From Candidatus Omnitrophota bacterium (GTDB taxonomy: Bacteria; Omnitrophota; Gorgyraeia; Gygaellales; Profunditerraquicolaceae), in NCBI GenBank assembly GCA_003598135.1, contig QZKA01000027.1, positions 84,788 to 148,787 on the forward strand: 64,000 nt of DNA, given 5' to 3'. Each line of letters begins with the position of its first letter. The first letter of the stretch is position 1. Shown here piece after piece: positions 57,974-64,000 of this stretch. A program made the position numbers and the translations under genes. Under the pieces are notes generated by a model. It was not told the origin of the DNA, searched no databases, and saw only the letters and a list, made by a program, of their open reading frames with translations.

Positions 57974-59137
57974 ATGGAATGGAGAACGAGCAGACGGTTA
58001 AATAAACTACCGCCTTATCTTTTCTTTGAGATCGACAAAGCCAAGAGGGCAGCGCTCAAGCAGGGCAGAGACATAATCGACTTTGGGATCGGAGACCCCG
58101 ATCAGCCAACTCCCGCTTATATTATTGAGGCATTGCATCGTGCCTCAGAAGACCCGGCAAATCACCGCTACGCCCTCGACCAGGGCATGAGGCGCCTTCG
58201 TTCTGCAATCGAGGGTTGGTACAAAAAAAGGTTCAACGTGGATATCGACGCTGATTCAGAAGTTCTTCCTTTAATTGGTTCAAAGGAAGGAATCGCGCAT
58301 TTTCCTTTGGCGTTTATTAATCCCGGGGACTACGCCCTTATTCCTGATCCCTGCTATCCTCCGTATAAGGGCGGCACTATTTTTGCCGGGGGAATTCCTT
58401 ATCTGCTTGCCTTAAGGCAAGCAGATAATTTTCTTATCGATCTTAAAAAGATTCCTTCCGCAGTACTGAAAAAATCTAAGGCACTCTATGTGAATTACCC
58501 GAATAATCCTACCAGCGCAACATGCGGGACCGGTTTTTATGAACACATCATTGCGTTTGCCAGAAAACACAGGTTAATCGTTATTTCAGACCTTGCGTAT
58601 TCAGAAATTTATTTTGACGGGGAAAAACCGCATAGCCTTTTAGAAATCGAAGGCGCAAAAGAGGTATGTATTGAGTTTCATTCTCTTTCAAAGACCTTCA
58701 ATATGACTGGTTGGAGAATCGGTTGGGCCTGCGGAAACAGAGGCCTTGTGCAGGCATTGTCTAAAGTCAAGTCAAATATCGATTCAGGCGTTTTTTCGGC
58801 AATTCAATACGCTGGCATAGCGGCCCTTGAAGGCGCAGAGAAACATCCCCAGGCTATGCGCACGCTTTATCAGGAAAGACGCGATACATTTGTAACGGGC
58901 TTAAGGTCTTTGGGTTGGAATATTACTGGCCCATCCGCAACATTTTATGTGTGGGCAAAGCTTCCCGGAAGGAAAAGTTCAATTGGCTTTGCTTCCGAGT
59001 TGCTTAAAAGAGCGGATATCATCGCAACGCCTGGGATTGGTTTCGGAAAATCCGGCGAAGGGTTCATCCGTTTTGCGCTCACTGTCGATACAAAAAGAAT
59101 AGAAGAGGCGGTTGAGCGCTTAAAAACAATATGGTAA
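57974..59137 (+). CDS. dapL: LL-diaminopimelate aminotransferase (class I/II aminotransferase, DapL type)
   Basis: LPPYLFFEID...DFGIGDPDQPTP N-terminus typical of DapL, and the PLP-Lys region (SLSKTFNMTGWRIGW). Context is dapA-dapB-dapL plus dapF-lysA nearby. Confidence 0.75.
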   Translation: MEWRTSRRLNKLPPYLFFEIDKAKRAALKQGRDIIDFGIGDPDQPTPAYIIEALHRASEDPANHRYALDQGMRRLRSAIEGWYKKRFNVDIDADSEVLPLIGSKEGIAHFPLAFINPGDYALIPDPCYPPYKGGTIFAGGIPYLLALRQADNFLIDLKKIPSAVLKKSKALYVNYPNNPTSATCGTGFYEHIIAFARKHRLIVISDLAYSEIYFDGEKPHSLLEIEGAKEVCIEFHSLSKTFNMTGWRIGWACGNRGLVQALSKVKSNIDSGVFSAIQYAGIAALEGAEKHPQAMRTLYQERRDTFVTGLRSLGWNITGPSATFYVWAKLPGRKSSIGFASELLKRADIIATPGIGFGKSGEGFIRFALTVDTKRIEEAVERLKTIW

Positions 59138-59652
59138 CCTCTTTTATAGGCATCGGCTCAAATCTTGGCGACCGCGCACGTTATATTACCGTTGCCATCA
59201 GGCAGCTTAAAACACTTCCTATAACCCGCGTCAGCAAGATATCGCGGATAATCGAAACCCTGCCTCAGGAAGGGCCAGCGCAGGGGAAATTCTTGAATTG
59301 TGTCGTACAAATCGAAACAGAATTATTTCCGTACCAGTTGCTGCAAGCATTACAAAAAATCGAGGCATCGTTAGATCGTGTCCGTACTGTAAAGAATGCT
59401 CCACGCACCATTGACCTGGATATATTGTTATATGCCGATATTAGTATGCATGAGGAAGCGTTGTGTATTCCTCATCCCCGGATATTAAGACGTGCATTTG
59501 TGCTTGGCCCCTTAAAAGAAATAGCCCCTGATGTGGTAAACAGGCTTTTGGGCGCTGGAGGGAAGTGGAACAATTTAAAACGAAAAAAAGCTATTGTAAA
59601 GAAGGTCAGCATGCGCCAGAGGAAAACAAAAAACAACAGGCAACGTTCATGA
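59131..59652 (+). CDS. folK: 2-amino-4-hydroxy-6-hydroxymethyldihydropteridine pyrophosphokinase
   Basis: IGIGSNLGDR, TIDLDILLY motifs. Confidence 0.85.
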   Translation: MVTSFIGIGSNLGDRARYITVAIRQLKTLPITRVSKISRIIETLPQEGPAQGKFLNCVVQIETELFPYQLLQALQKIEASLDRVRTVKNAPRTIDLDILLYADISMHEEALCIPHPRILRRAFVLGPLKEIAPDVVNRLLGAGGKWNNLKRKKAIVKKVSMRQRKTKNNRQRS

Positions 59653-60494
59653 AAATTATAAAGAAGATAAACGAAATGCAAACAATGGCGCTTGGGTTTC
59701 GCCGCCAGGGTAAGTCTGTGGGGTTTGTCCCTACTATGGGTGCTTTGCATGCAGGGCATCTCAGCCTTATTAGGAGGGCGCGCACCGATAACGACATAGT
59801 AGTAGTGAGTATTTTCATCAACCCTGCCCAGTTCGGCCGTGGGGAGGATTATAAGAGGTACCCGAGAAAGTTAAGACAGGATTACCAATTATGCAAGAAG
59901 GCAGGCGTTGATTTTATTTTCTGCCCTTCTCCGAGTTCAATGTACACACAAGACTATCAAACGTATGTTGAAGTTGTACGGTTAAGCGGACCGCTCTGCG
60001 GAAGATTTAGGCCTGGTCATTTTCGCGGAGTGGCTACTGTAGTCGCTAAGCTATTCCATATAGTTGAGCCAACCATTGCTTATTTTGGCTTAAAAGACGC
60101 GCAGCAGGCGCTGGTCGTAGATAGAATGATGCAGGACCTAAATTTTCCGGTTCGAATCAAGGTATTGCCTATAGCGCGGGAAAAAGACCTACTAGCGATG
60201 AGTTCGCGTAATGCCTACTTGAATGCGAGGCAGCGAAAAGAAGCAGCTATACTGCCTGAGGCGCTGCTGCTTGCTTATAAACTGGTAAAACAGGGCGAAA
60301 GGAACGCTTCTGTCGTGATTAGGAAAATGAGGGGCTTGATAAGAAGGGCAAAGGATGCTAAGGTTCAGTATATTTCCATAGTGGATGCAAAGAAACTCAA
60401 GCAGCAAAAAAAAATAAAAGGAAGAATCTTGGTTGCGCTCGCAGTGTGGTTTGGCAAAACAAGACTAATAGATAATATGTTGCTTTCCGCGTAG
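59649..60494 (+). CDS. panC: Pantoate--beta-alanine ligase
   Basis: GFVPTMGALHAGHLSL, and the HIVEPTIAYFGLKDAQQ region. ATGA overlap with folK. Confidence 0.9.
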   Translation: MKIIKKINEMQTMALGFRRQGKSVGFVPTMGALHAGHLSLIRRARTDNDIVVVSIFINPAQFGRGEDYKRYPRKLRQDYQLCKKAGVDFIFCPSPSSMYTQDYQTYVEVVRLSGPLCGRFRPGHFRGVATVVAKLFHIVEPTIAYFGLKDAQQALVVDRMMQDLNFPVRIKVLPIAREKDLLAMSSRNAYLNARQRKEAAILPEALLLAYKLVKQGERNASVVIRKMRGLIRRAKDAKVQYISIVDAKKLKQQKKIKGRILVALAVWFGKTRLIDNMLLSA

Positions 60495-60505
60495 AGGTTA
60501 TTTGT

Positions 60506-61318
60506 ATGATAAAGATTGGAATCGTCGGTTGTGGGGCAATAGGTTCGTCTTTAGCGCGTAGCATCGTGGGCGATTTTAAACACAAAGCAGCGCTGGCAGC
60601 TTGTTATGACTCCGACCCGCAGAAATCGAAAAACCTGGCCTGTACCCTACACAAGCATTCTTTAGTTGCCAAGAGCCTTGGTGAGTTGATACGGAAATCG
60701 GATTTACTTATTGAGGCGACGTGCATGGCTGCTTCTTTCTCTATTGCGCAGAAGGCGATAAGGGCGAAAAAAGATATCATCGTCCTTAGCGTGGGAGGCC
60801 TTCTTACGCATGCCGTCCAGCTTTCTATTTTACTCACAAAACACAAATCCCGCGTATATCTGCCGTCAGGCGCAATCTGCGGCATTGATGGTTTAAAAGC
60901 GGCGGCGTGCGGGCGAATAACCAAGGTCACCCTGACTACAACAAAACACCCTCTTTCGCTTAAAGGCGCACCCTATTTTAAAAAGAGAAAGATTGATCTT
61001 GGCCGCATCACTAAGGAAAGGCTTGTTTTTCAAGGCAGCGCCTTGGAAGCAATTGAGGCATTTCCCCAGAATATCAACGTTGCAGCCGTCTTAAGTATGG
61101 CTGGATTGGGCCCGCAGAAAACACAAGTCAGAATAATTGCTTCCCCCCGGTCATTAAAGAATGTGCATGAGGTGCGCATTGAATCTGATGCGGCAACAAT
61201 TTGTACTCGTACTGAAAACGTGTTACACCCTAAGAATCCGAAGACGAGCTTTCTTGCGGTAGTATCAGCTTTGTCAGTTTTGAAACAGATAGTAAGCGGC
61301 TTGAAAATCGGGACCTAG
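60506..61318 (+). CDS. nadX: L-aspartate dehydrogenase (NadX family)
   Basis: MIKIGIVGCGAIGS, PSGAICGIDGL, NINVA, HPKNPKTSFLAVVSALSVL. Closely matches remembered Thermotoga NadX motifs. Confidence 0.75.
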   Translation: MIKIGIVGCGAIGSSLARSIVGDFKHKAALAACYDSDPQKSKNLACTLHKHSLVAKSLGELIRKSDLLIEATCMAASFSIAQKAIRAKKDIIVLSVGGLLTHAVQLSILLTKHKSRVYLPSGAICGIDGLKAAACGRITKVTLTTTKHPLSLKGAPYFKKRKIDLGRITKERLVFQGSALEAIEAFPQNINVAAVLSMAGLGPQKTQVRIIASPRSLKNVHEVRIESDAATICTRTENVLHPKNPKTSFLAVVSALSVLKQIVSGLKIGT

Positions 61319-61377
61319 CGTAGTTGATTAGGAAATAACAGGAACAAAATTCTTTACGAAGGGAGGTGAAAAAATAT

Positions 61378-61623
61378 ATGGCAGAAAAACTGATGAAAGT
61401 AGGTATCAAAAGACAGAAGGGCTACCTCTACTATGTCGATAAAAAAGGCGATGTCTCCTGCGCAAAAATGGCAAGAGGCAGCAAAAAAGGAGGCAGCCCC
61501 AAGAAGGTAGCAAAGTGCGGTATTAAGAGAAAACCAGGCTACCTTTACTTCATTGACAAAAAAGGCGATGTCTCCTGCGCCAAGATGAAACGAGGCGGCA
61601 CAAAGAAGAGAAAGAAAAGATAA
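61378..61623 (+). CDS. Small (81 aa) lysine-rich protein with two tandem ~37-aa repeats, G(I)KR(Q/K)xGYLY(Y/F)(V/I)DKKGDVSCAKMxRG
   Basis: GGGAGGTGA Shine-Dalgarno 9 nt upstream of the ATG at 61378. The internal repeat is also visible at nucleotide level (23-nt exact repeat aaaaaaggcgatgtctcctgcgc). pI very basic. Confidence 0.5.
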   Translation: MAEKLMKVGIKRQKGYLYYVDKKGDVSCAKMARGSKKGGSPKKVAKCGIKRKPGYLYFIDKKGDVSCAKMKRGGTKKRKKR

Positions 61624-61644
61624 GAGGAGCATTGCGTTGACCAT

Positions 61645-61675
61645 AAGCCCCTGTTGATAAAAACTACAGGGGCTT
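61645..61675 (+). terminator. Stem-loop after the small-protein gene (weak terminator candidate)
   Basis: AAGCCCCTGttgataaaaactaCAGGGGCTT, with no strong T-tract. Confidence 0.35.
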
Positions 61676-61692
61676 AAGGTTTACTTGGTCTT

Positions 61693-63033
61693 ATGAAACT
61701 ATCCATTCCGCTTAAAATCAGGGCTTTATTTTTTATCGCATTGCTATTTTTCGCGCTCAGAATCCACACCTTTTATCTGTCGCATATAAATAATGATGAG
61801 TTGATCTACCTGGGATTGGCTCTGAAAATTGACACGTCTGGCCTTAAGGTTTTCGACGGCCGTTATAACATCTATAACCTTGACTTAAAAATCGGCAAAA
61901 ATTTTGTCGGTATAAAACCTACATCGGATAAGATGGGCACTTTGGCACAGCTCTTAAGGGTTGACGAGGGGGTAGAGTCGCTGCAATTATCCCACCACCC
62001 TCCGTTTTTGAGTTTTCTTCTTGCATTTTCGCACCGTATCTTTATGCCGGCCCGTATGTATGTAGCGAGTTTTAAGCGAATAAACACTGATGCGATATAC
62101 GCACAATGGTATGCCTGCAGTATTCCTTTTTTTGCAAGCCTTTTGACAATTTTTTTGGTATATTTACTCGGCCGGGCTTTTTTTTGCGAGCGGGTAGGAT
62201 TATTTGCCGCATTACTTCTTGTGATTACTCCCATTGATATGCTGACATCACAAAAAATATGGGCTGACAATTTAGTTGCCCTCTGTATCTCGCTTTCGGT
62301 TTACTCATACTGGCTTTCTCTTAAAAAGAACAGCATCACACTTGCAATTGTGTCTGGGGTATGTGCATGGCTGGCAATTTTAACAAAGCAATCGGGTATC
62401 CTTACCGTACCCCTGGTATTAGCATTGCATCATTTTTTTTATTTTAGAACCGGCTTTTCCCGGCTTCAATGGTTTTTTGAAAAAAAATTATTGTTTTTTC
62501 TCCTTGCGTTCGCCTTGCTTGCATCAGCCTGGGCAGCGATATATGTCAAACAGAACGGGTGGGCCGCATTGTGGCTTCACTATACCTCACAGTTTGCGTC
62601 AAAAGTAATTTTTCCGACTGATTTCATCAGGTTCGTAAATACCAGGCCTTGGTTTACTCACCTGGTGACGATTCCGTTTCAGCAGCCTCTTTATATCTTC
62701 ACCTATGCTTCTTTCTTGTACTTGATTAGAGATAAATCGTATCGTCGACAGCTGTTTCTTTTTTGCCTCTGGTTTTTGGTTTTTCTTATTCCGGCAATGC
62801 TGATGCAGGATAAAGAAGAGAGGTATCTGCTTCCTGCCTATCCTGCTATTTCTTTGCTTGCGTCTTATTCTTTTATAAGGGCTTGGGATGTCATTTCCGC
62901 CCGTTCGGACCGCTCGGCAATTTTCTGGAAACGACTCTTTCTGGTCTTGTTGTGCATCGCGTATCTGCAGGCATTTATGACCGGTTTGCCCGCGGTCTTT
63001 GCCCGCGTCAATCTCATCCCTATTCCTGTATAG
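61693..63033 (+). CDS. ArnT/PMT-family (GT39-like) GT-C membrane glycosyltransferase
   Basis: N-terminal TM helix, a loop with DE-like residues (NNDELIY), and SHHPPF (HPPL-like) motif, FASLLTIFLVYLLGR. About 11 TM helices. 446 aa. Confidence 0.6.
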   Translation: MKLSIPLKIRALFFIALLFFALRIHTFYLSHINNDELIYLGLALKIDTSGLKVFDGRYNIYNLDLKIGKNFVGIKPTSDKMGTLAQLLRVDEGVESLQLSHHPPFLSFLLAFSHRIFMPARMYVASFKRINTDAIYAQWYACSIPFFASLLTIFLVYLLGRAFFCERVGLFAALLLVITPIDMLTSQKIWADNLVALCISLSVYSYWLSLKKNSITLAIVSGVCAWLAILTKQSGILTVPLVLALHHFFYFRTGFSRLQWFFEKKLLFFLLAFALLASAWAAIYVKQNGWAALWLHYTSQFASKVIFPTDFIRFVNTRPWFTHLVTIPFQQPLYIFTYASFLYLIRDKSYRRQLFLFCLWFLVFLIPAMLMQDKEERYLLPAYPAISLLASYSFIRAWDVISARSDRSAIFWKRLFLVLLCIAYLQAFMTGLPAVFARVNLIPIPV

Positions 63034-63060
63034 CTTGAGTTGTCGAATACTAAAATAACT

Positions 63061-64000
63061 ATGAATGAATTTGAACACATCAAGATAAAAGGAGCAAGAG
63101 AACACAATCTCAAGAATATCGATCTTACCTTACCCCGTAATACACTTATTGTGGTTACCGGGCTATCCGGTTCAGGCAAGTCAAGCTTAGCATTTGACAC
63201 TATTTATGCGGAAGGGCAGAGGCGTTACGTGGAAAGCCTTTCTAGTTATGCACGGCAGTTCCTTGAGCAATTACAAAAGCCAGACGTCGATTATATTGAA
63301 GGTTTGTCTCCTGCCATCGCTATTGAGCAGCGCACCGCCGGCGGCAATCCGCGTTCTACGGTGGCAACGCAGACCGAGATCTATGATTACTTCAGGCTTC
63401 TTTTTGCACGCATCGGAAAAGTCTTTTGTTACCAATGCGGCAAACCCGTAGAGAAACAGACCTCCCAAGAAATCGTTTCAAAAATATTGTCTTTTCCGTC
63501 TGGCGCAGAAATACAGGTACTATCACCGCTGGTCAAAGGCAGAAAAGGACAACATAAGGATATATTCTCAAAGATTCAGAAAGCTGGGTTTACGAAAGTG
63601 CGCGTGGACGGCGAAATCCTGCAGGTGTCTGAAAAGCCGAAGCTTCAGAAATACAAAGTACATACTATTGAGATCGTGGTGGATAGGCTTCAGGCGAGGC
63701 CCCAGATAAAAAACAGGTTGACCGATTCGATTGAGACCGCGCTTAAGATGGGCAAAGGCACAACAATTATTTCTGTAAAAACCGATGGCCGCCAAAAAGA
63801 TTTTGTGTTCAGTGAACAGTTCAGCTGCCCTCACTGTGAAATTAGTTATGCGGAGATCGAGCCGCGCAATTTCTCTTTTAATTCTCCCTACGGGGCATGC
63901 CCCGAATGCAATGGATTAGGTACAAGGCTTGAGTTTGACCCAGACCTTGTAGTGCCGGATAGGAATAAATCCATCAGCGAAGGAGCGATTGCTGCTTGGA
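63061..64000 (+). CDS. uvrA: Excinuclease ABC subunit A, 3'-truncated by the window end
   Basis: MNEFEHIKIKGAREHNLKNIDLTLPRNTLIVVTGLSGSGKSSLAFDTIYAEGQRRYVESLS... then the zinc-finger region CGKPV...CPHCEISY. Not in the ORF track because no stop falls inside the window. Confidence 0.9.
   Translation, partial: MNEFEHIKIKGAREHNLKNIDLTLPRNTLIVVTGLSGSGKSSLAFDTIYAEGQRRYVESLSSYARQFLEQLQKPDVDYIEGLSPAIAIEQRTAGGNPRSTVATQTEIYDYFRLLFARIGKVFCYQCGKPVEKQTSQEIVSKILSFPSGAEIQVLSPLVKGRKGQHKDIFSKIQKAGFTKVRVDGEILQVSEKPKLQKYKVHTIEIVVDRLQARPQIKNRLTDSIETALKMGKGTTIISVKTDGRQKDFVFSEQFSCPHCEISYAEIEPRNFSFNSPYGACPECNGLGTRLEFDPDLVVPDRNKSISEGAIAAW

Overview
The window is 64 kb of bacterial chromosome at roughly 45% GC, tightly packed, with every credible gene on the + strand (about 57 CDS). 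No rRNA, tRNA, CRISPR array or clear mobile element was found. Content from start to end: (a) 1-27.1 kb is a large cell-envelope glycan locus. It holds a CDP-3,6-dideoxyhexose pathway (rfbF, rfbG, rfbH, an RfbE-like 2-epimerase and a partial SDR reductase/epimerase), a DegT aminotransferase, GmhB, two GT9 heptosyltransferases, a Wzy_C/WaaL-like ligase, a GT2 polyprenyl-phosphate sugar synthase, a GT28-like transferase, a B12-binding radical SAM enzyme and at least seven large polytopic GT-C/ArnT/PMT-like membrane proteins, one of them 1075 aa. (b) priA with degenerate helicase motifs, then fmt and two tandem GalT-family paralogs, one of which lacks the catalytic histidine. (c) gap, a membrane-fused spermidine-synthase-family protein, a 500-bp structured intergenic region, then pgk-tpiA-secG. 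(d) a Dpp/Opp-type ABC peptide transporter (five genes), then rplM-rpsI. (e) a complete argCJBDFGH operon. (f) lysA-dapF-lemA-htpX-dapA-dapB-dapL of the DapL-type lysine route. (g) folK, panC, nadX, a small Lys-rich tandem-repeat protein, another GT-C membrane protein and the start of uvrA. A roughly 200-nt intergenic repeat family occurs in three places (upstream of fmt, pgk and dapB). All annotation is from reading the translated ORFs and DNA by eye against remembered family signatures; no searches were run.
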